Below, piece after piece: positions 40,123 through 53,760 of a stretch of DNA of 64,000 bases (position 1 is its first letter; the number at the start of each line of letters is the position of its first letter). Made by a program: the position numbers and the translations under genes. The stretch spans positions 52,762,001 through 52,826,000 of the forward strand of contig OX597833.1 in the NCBI GenBank assembly GCA_951406725.2. The letters are read 5' to 3'. The notes below the pieces were generated by a model, which saw nothing but the letters and a program-made list of their open reading frames with translations, was not told the origin of the DNA and made no database searches. This DNA is from Octopus vulgaris (Eukaryota).

Positions 40123-41045
40123 ATGGGGATAATTTTAACGACTTCGATCACTCTGATCATACACCTAGTCGATCAGGACCGACTTGGTCTTAAACAGCCG
40201 TAACAATGACAACAACAGCAAGAGGAATCATTTTCAAGCTGACATTTTGAAACCGGTCTGCTTGTTATTAAAAACAGCTCATACACATTTGGAAGACAAC
40301 CAAAGTTTACCTGAATATATTTCTCCACAGCAAATCATTTTTCTATACGCACTGACATTTCTCCGAGTCCATAGATGTATTGGAGGTCGAGAAAGAATGA
40401 AAAAAAAATCGGAGGTGGAGTGTCTAATTTATTAAAATTTGTATGGATGTGTTCATTTATTAATATATGAAAGTGCCTATTGTTCTCACTGGTGTTGTTG
40501 TTTTTGTTTTTGGTACTTTTAGGATACATATTCGTCATTTTTATTGTGTTCGTATGTATGTTAAAGTGCAGTGGGAAATTTCTACAATTGTTAACTCGTC
40601 TCGTAAATGTCACTGGCTGCATACAAAAACGCTTCTCTCGGCAACGGCGTACGTGTATGCATGTGTGCCTGCATGTATGTATGTATGTATGTATGTATGT
40701 ATGTATGTATGTATGTATGTATGTATGTATGTACATGTATGTATGTATACATGTATGTATGTATGTATGTATGTATGTATGTATGTATGTATGTATGTAT
40801 GTATATATGTATGTATGTGTATATCTGAATCTGTATATGTATATATGTATGTGGAGAATTCACAAAAAAAAAGGAAGAAGACTGTTGGTGTAGACAACGA
40901 ACAGATGTATTAGTATAACGCTCTGGAAGTGAAAAAGTCTTTAACGTTTCGAGCCTACGCGCTTCCACAGAAAGGAACACAAAAAGAAACTATAGTTTTT
41001 TATTTGTATGGAGTCCTAACCACTTTTCATCTATCTATCTATCTA

Positions 41046-41108
<63 letters not shown>

Positions 41109-41386
41109 TAAAAATAACAAAAGACGAAGGCAGGTGGTGTAGACAACAAACAGATGTATTAGTATAATGCTCTGGAAGTGAAAAAGTCTTTAACGTTTCG
41201 AGCCTACGCGCTTCCACAGAAAGGAACACAGAAAGAAACAAGGCGAGAAAATAAAGAATGTGTAGTGGCTAGCGATCTATCATGGCGATCTAAATGTCAG
41301 CTTGAAAATGACTCCCCTTGCTGTTGTTGTCGTTATCGACTAGGTGTATGATCAGAGTGATTAAAGACGCTAAAATTATCCCCATT
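40123..41386. mobile_element. Composite element bounded by ~100-bp inverted repeats, containing Penelope-like pieces
   Basis: ATGGGGATAATTTTA...TCACTCTGATCATACACCTAGTCGAT...CATTTTCAAGCTGACATTT vs its reverse complement at 41292-41386. Confidence 0.7.
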
Positions 41387-41416
41387 TCACTATTCTTTTT
41401 CAGGAATATATATATA

Positions 41417-41625
41417 ATGGCCTAGTGTTTAGGGCAGCGGACTTGCGGTCGGAGGATCGCGGTTTCGATTCCCAGACCGGGCGTTGTGTGTGTTTATTGA
41501 GCGAAAACACCTAAAAAGCTCCACGAGGCTCCGGCAGGGGATGGTGGTGATCCCTGCTGTACTCTTTCACCACTCTAAAGGCGGTGCTCCAGCATGGCCG
41601 CAGTCAAATGACTGAAACAAGTACA
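41417..41625 (+). mobile_element. Chimeric SINE: family C head joined to family A tail
   Basis: ...CTTTCACCACTC|TAAAGGCGGTGCTCCAGCATGGCCGCAGTCAAATGACTGAAACAAG. Confidence 0.8.
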
Positions 41626-41663
41626 AAAAAAAAAAAATATATATATATATATACATACATACA

Positions 41664-41955
41664 TACAGTAATCACTCGACTATCGCGGGTGTTATGTTCC
41701 AAAAACGTCCGCGATAGGTGAAAATCCGCGAAGTAGAAGCAGTACTAGACTGTATATTTTTCATCGATATTTTTATAATGTGTATATATCTATTTTACTA
41801 TAAATGCAAAACAATACCACAGAAGAATCGCCGTAAGCTTAAATAATATATGAACCGTGATATGGCAAGAAATTACTATATGTATTATATAAATAAGGGC
41901 AAAAGAAAAAAAATTCTATGCGAATATGCTACATGTGCTGAATCGAGGAAAGCAA
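41664..41955. mobile_element. Tc1/mariner-superfamily (pogo/Tigger-like) MITE remnant
   Basis: TA-CAGTAATCACTCGACTATCGCGGG...CCGCGATAG...AATCCGCGAAG terminus typical of this group. Confidence 0.55.
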
Positions 41956-42197
41956 GCTAACAGAATTTTCTATATATATATATATATGTATATACAAAGA
42001 AGGAAGGTGAGAGAAATGTGGAGGACGGTTGACGATTACGACGGAGTTTCACCGATGGTAGTTTTTCGGACTACCTCTATTCATAAATTTTTACTGTCGC
42101 ACATTTAGAGTTCTTTGTTTCATTAATGATTTTATGATTGTGGTTTTTGTTTATTTAAAAGCATTTATTAAAACATAATTACATATTTATGATATGC

Positions 42198-42269
<72 letters not shown>

Positions 42270-42274
42270 GTGTA

Positions 42275-42643
42275 TCTAGAAAAACGATGACGCCGTGGTG
42301 ATCTCATTCTTGCTCACAACATCATAAGCGGAAAGTGTAACCTCTCGAAAGAGCTGTTCTTCACTCCTGCTCCAGAGCGTCGGCTGCGGGGTCACTCCGA
42401 AAAGCCCTATCTGCGACGATTTCATCTCAATCGAAAGAGAGGGGCTTTCTCCGTCCGGGTTGCGGATCCGTGGAATAAGCTGCCGGACGAGATAGTGAAG
42501 ATGCCGACGACCGCTCGGTTCAAAGTCTCTCTTGACCAGAAATGGCCTGAACTCTTTGCATGAACACCCTCCCTGTACATAACTCCATGTCCCCCCTACA
42601 TGGCCTTGCTTTTTGCTTTTTGAGCCAAAAAATTAACTTAACT
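42275..42643 (+). pseudogene. Second, shorter copy of the CR1-type LINE 3' end
   Basis: Highly similar to the reverse complement of ~12350-12712; in-frame TGA in the RRRRGDLI motif; ends TTAACTTAACT. Confidence 0.92.
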
Positions 42644-42734
42644 ATGTGTGTAAGTGTTTATACACACACATCTATCTCTGTCTGTCTAGCTAAGCTGTCT
42701 GTTTATCTAACTCCCACTCCCTCTCTCTCTATCA

Positions 42735-42804
<70 letters not shown>

Positions 42805-42983
42805 ATCTTTTTAGTAAGCCCAATACCTTAACATCGTTTGACCTTATCAATACTGCTTGCTGCCTTTTTCGTCAACATTCTCCAAATTCTTGGATTCTTG
42901 AGTTCGTTGCAATAATAATACGAAGAGCAGAGTGCACTGTAACAAGAGATTAAGCCTTATGTCACAATTTCGTTTATTCTTCC

Positions 42984-43305
42984 ACTCACTCACTCATTCA
43001 CTCACTCACCCACTCACTCACTAACTCACCCACGCACTCACTCGCTCACTCACTCACTCGCTCACTCACACACTCACTCGCTCACTCACTCACTCACTCA
43101 CTCACTCATTCACTCACGCACTCACTCACTCACTCACTCACTCACTCGCATATTCACTCACTTACTCACTCACTCACTCGCATATTCACTCACTTACTCA
43201 CTCACTCATTCACTCACTCACTCACTCACTCACTCACTCTCTCACTCATTCACTCACTCACTCACTCACCTACTCACTCATCCTCTCTCTCATTCACTCT
43301 CACTA
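42984..43305. repeat. (CACT)n tetranucleotide microsatellite
   Basis: Direct inspection. Confidence 0.95.
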
Positions 43306-43994
43306 ACTTCCCTTGAATTTAAACATCTATCTTTTCTTACCTTTCCTCTCACCCTTGTCTCCCCTCCCCTTTTCTCTCTCTCTCTCTCTTTCTCTCTCTC
43401 TGTAATTCCTTATTTTTTCTCTCTCAGACAACAGTTATTTAATTCCTTATTTGCTCGTTCGCTGCACGAAAATATGATAAGTTGGCTGTCATTTTCCAGC
43501 TCTTTATTTATACTGCAACAACAAACTGTCAACAACAACAACAACAACAAAAGTAAAATAACAGCGTACGACGCATACTTATGCACCTTCTCGCTTCTCC
43601 TCCACCCCGCCACTTCAACCAAACATCTTCAAAGTTCACGAAACTTCGACAGAGAACAACAATTGTGAAACGTACGATAAACTTCAACAAATGTTCCGTA
43701 ATGTCAACATCTGTCAAATAAACATCACTAACGCTTTGACATACCAGCACTATCGCCACAACCACCACCACCATCAGCACTACCACCGCCACTACTACCA
43801 CCACCACTAATGTCTACGGATTACACGGCACGTTGTCTTAGGTCAACGATATACAACAAATCTTTAAGAAAAAATCGTCAATAAATGTCAAATAGTTGAC
43901 CATTACCACCAGCAACCTACAAGAAAAATCTGTCAACAGATATAAGCAAGTGTTACAGCAGAAGCTGTCATGATGCAGGCATGGTCGATCGTTT

Positions 43995-44642
43995 GGTTTA
44001 AGAAGTTCCCCCGACCTAGCTCTCCGTCGGTTACGACGACGAGCGCTTCAGTTGAAACTATCACGAGACAGCCTGCTCGTGAAATTACCGTGCTAGTGGC
44101 TGAGCACTCAACAGACACGTCTAGTATTAACGTAATTCTAAGGAGGATTCAACGTGACACAGAATGTGACAAGGCTGGCCCTTTGAAATTACAGGTACTA
44201 CTCACTTTTGCCAGCTGAGTAGACTGGAGTAACGTGAAATAAAATATCTTGCCTAAGGATAAGAAGTCCGGTTTCCCAGTTCGATTCTACGGCGCTGTAC
44301 CTTGGTCTAATCTCTTCTACGTAAGCCCTCCAGACGACCAATACCTTGAGAGTATTATCTGATTGTGTGTGTATGTATTTGAATATCAGAACGAAATGCC
44401 CTTACGCACAAAATGACATACAAATATTGGTTTCTAATGTTGGCACAAAGCCAGCAATTTCTTTTGCGCGCTCGGGGTGAGGTGTTGAATCGATTACATT
44501 GACCCTTAGTGCTTAACTTTATCGACCCTATGCAATGTGAAAGGTAAAGTCGACTCCGGCAGCACTTGATCTCAGAATGTAATGTCGGAAGAAACACCAC
44601 TAAGCATTCAGTCCGGCGTGTTAACGATTCTGCCAGCTCGCC
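43995..44642 (-). mobile_element. Old SINE cluster (C-type tail module ~43995-44260; SINE B ~44430-44642)
   Basis: Reverse-complement similarity to 26190-26370 and to SINE B. Confidence 0.65.
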
Positions 44643-45315
44643 AACGAAACTTCAGAAGAGAAAATAAAGCTTTTACGCAATAATTTATGACATATTAAAA
44701 ATATTTTTCATATTTTATCGTAGCTCATTAATTTCAAAATCCTTTTATTATTATTAAAATGTTCTTCATATTTACCTTAAATTGGGTGTATATATCTCGG
44801 GGAAAATCTTATCTTTGGGGTATTTAAGAAATATTTTCTTACTCTTATTCCTCAATAATCTGGATTTGATTCAATATTTTTGTTCGCATTTTACTCCTGA
44901 AATTTAACTAAATTTTATGTGTCATTTTTTTTTTCAAACAAAACATTAAGTACAATTTCTAAAAAGAATGAAATGGTGCTATACATAATTACCTAAGACT
45001 GGATATTGTAAGTAATAAGTAGTAAGTAAATAAAAATATGTACATTCTCTGCTTCATCTTCCTCATTCCCAAATTTCAAATCCAAATTTTTAATCCCACC
45101 AAATATCATGAAGAAATGATTATCTCCCTTGTACTAACTGTCCGTTGGAGGGTTCCACTTAGGTTTCTTTCTCTAACATTTTACATAACTCCACCTACAC
45201 AAGTTAATGTGTGAAAAAAATAGGAATTTTGAAAGAAGTCTCTATTAAACTAGTTTTTAAACATCGAATGGCTAAAGGGTTCACCAGAATGAAATATTAA
45301 TCAAAGGGGTCCATA

Positions 45316-45397
<82 letters not shown>

Positions 45398-45448
45398 TGG
45401 TTGAGAACCCTTGTTCTACACAATCTCCATCACTGTTTTTAAATATAT

Positions 45449-46040
45449 AGGGCGTAGGCATGGCTGTGTGGTAAGAATCTTGCTTCCCAACTACAAAGTT
45501 CTGGGTTCAGTTCCACTGCGTGGCACCTTGGAATTGGTAGACGGAAACTGAAAGAATCTCGTCGCATGTGTGTGTGTGTGTGTGTGAGTGTCTTTGTTTC
45601 TGTGTTTGCCCTACCACCATCAACGCTTGTCAACCGATGTTGGTGTGCTTACGTCACCGTTACGTAGCGGTTCAGCAAAAGAAACCGATAGAATAAATAC
45701 CAAGCATGCAAAGAATAAGTCCCGGGGTTGATTTCTTCGACTGAACGTGGCACTTTGGAATTGGTAGATGAAAACTGAAAGAATCCCATCGCATATGTGT
45801 GCGTGTATGTGTGTCTTTGTTTCTGTGCTTGCCCTCCCACCGTCACCGCTTGTCAACCGATGTTGGTGTGCTTACGTCACCGTTACGTAGCGGTTCGGCA
45901 AAAGAAACTGATAAAATAATTACTAAGCCTACAAAGAATAAATCCCGGAGTTGATTTCTTCGACTGAAAACACTCGAAGGCAGTGATCCAGAATGGCTAC
46001 AGTCAAATGACTGAAACGCGTAAAAGAATAAAAGAATAAG
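45449..46040 (+). mobile_element. SINE A with internal tandem duplication (~228 bp)
   Basis: CGTGGCAC(C/T)TTGGAATTGGTAGA...GTTGATTTCTTCGACTGAA present twice. Confidence 0.85.
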
Positions 46041-46677
46041 AGAATATGTGTTTTCATGCTTTACGAATACACACGCGAATACACACCATTTTTACCCTTA
46101 AAAATACACCCAATTCATCGTCAAGTAGACATTTTCATTATTAAACGAGATGATTTCTTTTCGAAATTATTTACACTTGGTAGTTTAATGCATCACTGGA
46201 TTGATTCATTAGTCTTCTTACAATTTCACATTCGCTATTTGTGAACTTACTGGGTAGATAGCTACATCAGCTACTCATAAAGAGTTTCTAATTCTTTATC
46301 ATTGGGTTTTTTTTCCTTCCATTTTTTTTTATCAAAACGCATTGACGAGTAAAGTCCTTTGCAATATTTCTGTTCTCTTACTTATTTCTATCATAAAAAT
46401 GTAGCAAAATCGTTTTGTCGGCTGTCATCGATTTTCCTAAATTTTATTGCTTCTTTTTATGGTTTTTGTACTTGTGTTTTTTTCTTTTATCCTTGAACGT
46501 AATTTTTTCTATTGGTTATATTTGCAGTTAATTTGTATTAACTTTATAGATAGCAATGAAGCGGAGAACGACGAAGATATCGAGCCGGTACCCTTTTACT
46601 CAAGCGTCCACTCTGCCTATGTACCATTACCCTTCTTACCCTCCAATAAATCGGTTAAAATTCCTGCCCGTTGCGTG

Positions 46678-46760
<83 letters not shown>

Positions 46761-46781
46761 ATATATGTATGTATGTATGTA

Positions 46782-46819
<38 letters not shown>

Positions 46820-46854
46820 ACAAAGTGAAGTTGTAAGGAACCGCACGATTGGAA

Positions 46855-47007
46855 ATATATATGAAAAAAGGTTTGAAAATGCAATTTTAGAAGATTTTAT
46901 TCACTTCACCGGTTTCACTTTTTTAAATCTTTTTCTAAAAAGGTGAAACCGGTCAAGTGAATAAACATCTTTTAAAATTGCATTTTCAAACTTTCTTTCA
47001 TATATAT
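46855..47007. repeat. Fold-back inverted repeat, ~70-bp arms
   Basis: TTTGAAAATGCAATTTTA...TTCACTTCACCGGTTTCAC / GTGAAACCGGTCAAGTGAA...TAAAATTGCATTTTCAAA. Confidence 0.9.
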
Positions 47008-47440
47008 ATATATATATATATTTCTATTAATTTCTATTTCCCTTTGATATATATATTTGAAGAGTCAGAAACCGGTCCTGCATTATCCGATTCTAGGTTT
47101 TCCATTTATCAGATGTTCTTCCTAGAGGTAAGACAAATTTTTTTTATGTTTGTTGCACTCATGCGTCTTTGCTAGTACATACGCAGTGAAGCTATACAAT
47201 AGCGTCGTATTTATTACGATTGCTATTTTCCAGTGAATATCGGTGCCTCGTTGTACCATTTATTTACTTTTATATATATATATATAAATGGAACAAAACG
47301 CAATAAAGTACAATAAAACATTTGGACAGATAAACGATACAAAGGCGGACAAGAGAAAAAGCAATTTGAAGGACAGGTCGTTTGTGGCCTTCTTTCATCA
47401 GTCAAGTCCCAGAAGTTACGACCGTTTCGTGCAATCACAC

Positions 47441-47472
<32 letters not shown>

Positions 47473-47475
<3 letters not shown>

Positions 47476-47715
47476 AGGTGCATGGCTTAGTGGTTAGGGT
47501 GTCAGCATCATGATCGTAAGATTGTGGTTTCGATTCCTGGGCCGGGCGACGCGTTGTGTTCTTGAGCAAAACACTTTGCTCCAGTCCACTCAGCTGGCAG
47601 AAATGAGTAACGCTGCGATGGACTGGCGTCCCGTCCAGCTGGGGTACACATATGCCATTGAAACTGGGAAGCCGGGCCCATGGAGCCAGGCTAGGCTTTA
47701 AAATGGCGCATTTAT
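47473..47715 (+). mobile_element. tRNA-derived SINE family D
   Basis: A-box TGGCTTAGTGG, B-box GGTTTCGATTCC, CORE-like GTGTTCTTGAGCAAAACACTT, CTGCGATGGACTGGCGTCCCGTCCAG domain. Confidence 0.8.
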
Positions 47716-47717
47716 TT

Positions 47718-47751
<34 letters not shown>

Positions 47752-48755
47752 AGGATATTTTTGTTTATAATTAAACGTACACAGCCTCATATATATATAT
47801 ATATATATATATATGGTGAATGGTGCGGGTGAGGTTGTGTACGTTTCAAGTGAGGGTGGATGAGTGTATACTTTTAGGCGCATGCACCTGGGTGTGCGAG
47901 CGCGCATGTGTAGGTATGAACATGCGCGCTTACGCGAATACTATGAACTTTTTACCCCCTTACATTTACTCCCTCCCCTCACTTAGCGGTCATTCAAATA
48001 GTTCTTTTGTCTTAACAACGGTCAATCACACAGTAATTTCCCTTTGTATAATGGTCATTTTTCATAGTATTTTGTCCTATGGCCGCATAACTGAAGAGAT
48101 GGCGCCGTGGATTTCCACCTCGGCATCCGAAACTCGGAGTTTCATCATGGCTACTGAATAATTGTCACATATTACATTTACAGATAAATTCCTCTATTTA
48201 CATAATATCGAGGTCTCTTTTATTCTTTTGTGGTCTTACCATTTTTATCAATATATATATATATGAATGGCGAGAGAAAGAGAGAGAGAGAGAGTAAATG
48301 AGAAGAACAGGAAGGGTTAATATAAGAGATGCAGTATTAGTGCATATGGTAGGTTTGGTGGCAGAATGAGGAGAAGAGAGAGAGAGAGAGAGAGAGAGTA
48401 ACAGATTAGATATGGGCGGAGTTATGCAAATACGAAATTTGTTTTATTTCTTTGCGTATTTAAGGTAATAAATATTTATCTCTTGGAAATTAGTATCCAT
48501 TTCATAATTTTCACAATAGCACCAAGAATCAGGAAATTTGATAAAAGTTAAAATATAATTACAGCATGAATGCCATGTTTTCTTCGGTTACCATTGGTGG
48601 TAAAAGTATATTTCAAAACTTACGCGTCATATGGCGGGTAACAACAATCTCGTATATTTTGACACACACATACACAGAAATACACATGTACGAATATATA
48701 TACATATACATAGGAGTGTGTGTGTGTAATATATATATATATATATGAATGTATG

Positions 48756-48823
<68 letters not shown>

Positions 48824-49269
48824 TAGATAGATAGATAGATAGATAGATAAATAGATACACAAACATACATATATATATATATATATATACAAATGCGTGT
48901 ATGTATGTATATGTATAGATATATATATATATACACCCATATATATATACATAAATATATAAGTGTATACATATGAATATATATATATTCATATATACAT
49001 AGATACATATACACATAAAAACCAATATATATACGCATACAAACATATCTATATATATATGTCTGTATATGTATGTATATATATGTATATATATATATAT
49101 ACATACACACATACATATATATATATGTATGTATATGTATATTTATATATATATATATATATATATGCATATATATATACGCATATATATAGATATGCGT
49201 GTGTATGTATATATCTATATACATAACGTGCATATATATTTCAATATGTATGTTTCTGTATACATATAC

Positions 49270-49302
<33 letters not shown>

Positions 49303-49550
49303 TGTATGTATATATATGTATGTATGCAAAGAACTATGTACACAGATACATATGAATTTATGAACCTATATAAGTATATATATATATAATAATATATTTG
49401 CGAAAAAAGTGTTTCCGTGTGTGAAACCGATTGCATAAGTGATAGTGGAGAAAAGAAAACATGGTGTTTATAATGTAGAAAACAGAAATTTTTCATTTAT
49501 ACTTTCAGTAATCTAGCAAAATGATACCCCAGATTCTTCCATAGGTTCAC

Positions 49551-49640
<90 letters not shown>

Positions 49641-49835
49641 AATATATATATATATATATATACATATGTATACGTATGTATATATATATATATATGTGTA
49701 TACATATACATATATATACATATATATATATATATATACAACACTTGTATATTGGAAGTCATTGGACGTCTGCATAAGTGCGTTAATACATATACACCTT
49801 TATTTAAATATATATATGCGTATATAGACATACAC

Positions 49836-49872
<37 letters not shown>

Positions 49873-50801
49873 TATACATATGTATGTATGCATGTATATA
49901 TATATACATATGTATATATGTCTATGTATGTATGCATTTATTTATCGCATGCATGTAGGTTTGTATCAATGTATGGACGCATCGATAAACTGATATATGC
50001 AATTTTTAATAGATAGACAGATAGACTGATATCGAAATCAAGGAATGAGAATCCTAGGATTTTCCCTATGGGAAACGAAGCATATGTGCGTGTGCTTGTG
50101 CGTGTGTTTTTGTGTGTGTGAGTGTTTGCGTGTGTGGGGGGGGTGATTGTGCTTGCTTATGTATGTACATAAATATATATATATTTGCATAACAGTCAAC
50201 AGACATATATGTATACATGTTTGTAAATTGTTAACTGTATATATACACATACATTGAGTAATATATATTCGATAGATATGCATGTGAGTGTGTGTGTGTG
50301 TATGTATGCGTGCGTATGTGTGTGTATGTACTTATGTATATATATATATATATGTTTGTGTGTGTATAAATATGTATATAAATATTTTACAGATACACAC
50401 ATATATACACACACATACATATATGTATACTTATATCTATATTTATATATAATATATATATTTATATATGTATGTATATATATATTTACGTCTGTATATG
50501 TGTATGTATGTATGTATGAATGTATGTATGGATGGATGGATGGATGGATGGATGGATGGATGGATGGATGGATGGGTAGATGGATGGATGGATGGATGGA
50601 TGGATGGGTGGGTGCATGTACGAATCCATGCATTGCGTGTGAGTATTTATATAATATCGCACCTTGAGATATTGCAAGAGTGAGAAAGATGAGATTTTAC
50701 AATAGTTCATTTTAAAGCATTGAACACGAAGACTGTGCGTAATTCGAGGCCCTGCTTACACACTTAAAACACATGGAAACGGATACGGAGTCACAAATGC
50801 C

Positions 50802-50838
<37 letters not shown>

Positions 50839-50987
50839 TCACGGCCGCACGCGTGCACACACACACACAGACACTCAAACACATACACACACACACGCTC
50901 GCATATGTTCAATTTGATTATCGTCATGGCGATCGAAAGATAGACAGATATACATACATTCATACATACATAAATACACTCACACAC

Positions 50988-51139
50988 AATTCCGCCGAGT
51001 TCGACTTTGCCTTTCATCGTTTCGTGGTCGATAAATTAAGTACCAGTTACGCACTGGGGTCGATGTAATCGACTTAATCCGTTTGCCCGTCCTTGTTTGT
51101 CCCCTCTATGCTTATCCCCTTGTGGGCAATATAGAAATA

Positions 51140-51140
<1 letters not shown>
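50988..51140 (+). mobile_element. SINE B, 5'-truncated
   Basis: Core and tail match family B. Confidence 0.85.
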
Positions 51141-51173
<33 letters not shown>

Positions 51174-51289
51174 ACACGTTTTTGTATTTGCATATATATT
51201 TATATATAATCTGTTACTCGTTTTAGCCACGCGGCTGCGATCATGCTGGAACCCCACCGTGGTCTTCCTGATTCCCTCAGTCTGGGCTG

Positions 51290-51505
51290 TTTCACATCAC
51301 CACTCCTGTATGTGCCTTTGTCCCAGCTGTTGGCCTATTTGGTGCATAAGGGAGTTTGATTCCGCTGCCCTCATCTGTACATCATATCAGGCTTTTGGTT
51401 CATCCGGTATTGTGGAGAGGAGGATGTCTGGTTCCACTTCCACCTTATGCAGATTTCTCAGTTTTTGTGGCAGAGCATTGAAGAGCTGTGGGCTTTTGGA
51501 ACTCT
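51290..51505 (-). pseudogene. C-terminal fragment of a different CR1/L2-group LINE ORF2
   Basis: SPQLFNALPQKLRNL...LLSTIPDEP...RAAESNSLMHQ with an internal stop. Confidence 0.75.
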
Positions 51506-52043
51506 ATACATTTATATATATATATATATACATAGTGGAAATTTCTAGAAAAATGTAAGACAAGTGTATGAACAACAAACAAGTGTTTTAGTTTGACGCT
51601 CGGAAAAATGAAAATCTTTTAAGTTTCGAGCCTATGCTCTTCAACAGAAAGGAATCAGAGAAAATATACAGAGAGAGAGAGAAGTAAAAACACTTGTAGA
51701 TTTACTCACACACACACAAACACACACGCACACATCCAAGTATATATATACATATATATATTTTACATATATGAATGTATGTTTATGTATGTGTGTATAT
51801 AGAAATATACTTATATATATATATATAGGGAGAATTCAAAAAGAAAAACAAAAGACGAAGACAGGTAGTGTAGACAACAATCAGATGTATTAGTATAACG
51901 CTCTGGAAGTGAAGAAGTCTTTAACGTTTCGAGCCTACGCTCTTCCACTGAAAGGAACACAGAAAGAAAGAAGGGGAGAAAATAAAGAATGAGTAGTTGT
52001 TAGCGATCTATCATAGCAAATATATATATATATACATATGTAT

Positions 52044-52114
<71 letters not shown>

Positions 52115-52334
52115 TTTGTGAGTGGATGCGCGCGCATGTGTGTATGTAATATAATAAATATTACAGTTGGTATCTGTTCACATGAATTAGAGCTACAGAA
52201 GCAGCGACGAATGTTAAAAACGAACTTGTACTCTCGGACGTGCGAAGACCATTCGTTGCGAGAGTAGCCTCGCGATAATTCTTATAGACAATGTGCGTGA
52301 AAAGACATTATTGGCCTATGTATTTGCTGGTGTG

Positions 52335-52398
<64 letters not shown>

Positions 52399-52603
52399 CG
52401 TGTGTGTGTGTGTGTGTGTGTGTGTTTGTGTGTGTGTGTGCAAAGATTGGTCAAGCTTGAATTAATTTATTAGAGGTGCACAAAGCTGCAATAAATGAAA
52501 TATAAGTTCGTATAGTCATTCAATCCTACTCTTCTACTTAGGTAATTCTAGCTTCGACAAGCTTCAAGTATATTAACAATTGTAATATTTACTATATTAC
52601 ATA

Positions 52604-52994
52604 TCTTTATATATAAAAGTAAGGTTGTGTGTCTGTCTACTCCAATTTAGATTCCTAACTACTCCCACATTTTGCGGTGCAGTTTAACCAAAACCGGGTA
52701 TCTTATAGTCGTGATTCATATCGAGCCCTTCTGGGTATTAGCGCGCGTCTACGATGAGTCTACGATTTTTAAAATAATTTACCATAATTTTTTTCGATTT
52801 TAATGCATATTTTTTTTAAGGGAAGTAACTCTCTAAAAATGTCTACGATGAGTCAACGATTTTTAAAAACATTTACCATCATATTTTTTCCATTTTAAAT
52901 GCATTTTTTTTGCTATTTTTTGGCTATAACTCTCTAAAAATGCTTTATAGTTATTTCCCTTACAAACCCGAGCAATGCCGGGCGATACTGCTAG
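52604..52994 (+). mobile_element. Solo non-autonomous Helitron of the same family as the 34544 array
   Basis: A|TCTTTATATATAAAAG...CCCGAGCAATGCCGGGCGATACTGCTAG|T. Confidence 0.9.
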
Positions 52995-53384
52995 TCGTTT
53001 ATAAAAACGCTTTTCCCCCGAGACCTTTTTCGAAGTGAAAGGTTAATTTCACGAATGTAATAAATATGATTGTACACACCTATGTTTCATTCAAAGCTGC
53101 TTCGTGCGCATTCACTTACTTGTTTCCAGGTTGAGTGATCTTTGCGCACCTCAGCAAAATTATAATTTGCTGTTTATATTCATAGAAAAAACACTGTTTT
53201 TCAGGTGTCCGGAGCCAAGGAAGCACGGCATCGCAGAAACTCATGCATTCTACAGTCTGACGACGCCATTCATATTTCACTATCCTGTTAACCCACATAC
53301 TATTTCTGAGAAAGATGTTCTTCCAATGCTATATCTGCAGCGGTATGGCGATTTAATGCTGGTAATTCAACGACAACAATTAAT

Positions 53385-53461
53385 TGGAAAATACCGCATG
53401 GTGAACAGGAAACCGACCGCGTGGTGAACAGGATATCCTGTTCACCATGCGGTATTTTCCA
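53385..53461. repeat. Perfect 26-bp inverted repeat with an internal partial third copy
   Basis: TGGAAAATACCGCATGGTGAACAGGA ... ACCGCGTGGTGAACAGGA-TA-TCCTGTTCACCATGCGGTATTTTCCA. Confidence 0.9.
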
Positions 53462-53482
53462 TCTATTTGTTTGTCCCTGGTG

Positions 53483-53760
53483 ATGGCGCAGGGCACAGTG
53501 GTTACAGCGTCGAGCCTACGATCGTGAGGTTCTGAGTTCGATTTCCGGACCAGGCTCTGCCTGTTGTGTTCTTGAGCAAGACACTTTATTTCACGTTGCT
53601 CCAGTTCACTCAGCTGTAAGGAAATGAGTTGCGACATCACTGGTGCCAAGCTGTTCCGGCCTTTGCCTTTCCCTTGGATAACATCAGTAGTGTGGAGAGG
53701 AGAGGCTGGTATGCATGGACGACTGCTGGCGTTTCATAAAAAACCTTGCCTGGACTTGCC
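53483..53760 (+). mobile_element. tRNA/CORE-like SINE
   Basis: GGCGCAGGGCACAGTGG...GAGTTCGATTTCC...GTGTTCTTGAGCAAGACACTT. Confidence 0.7.

Noticed and set aside
46549-46590. Possible micro-exon (tttatag|ATAGCAATGAAGCGGAGAACGACGAAGATATCGAGCCG|gtaccc)
   Set aside because: Weak donor and no supporting neighbouring exons; cannot be supported from sequence alone
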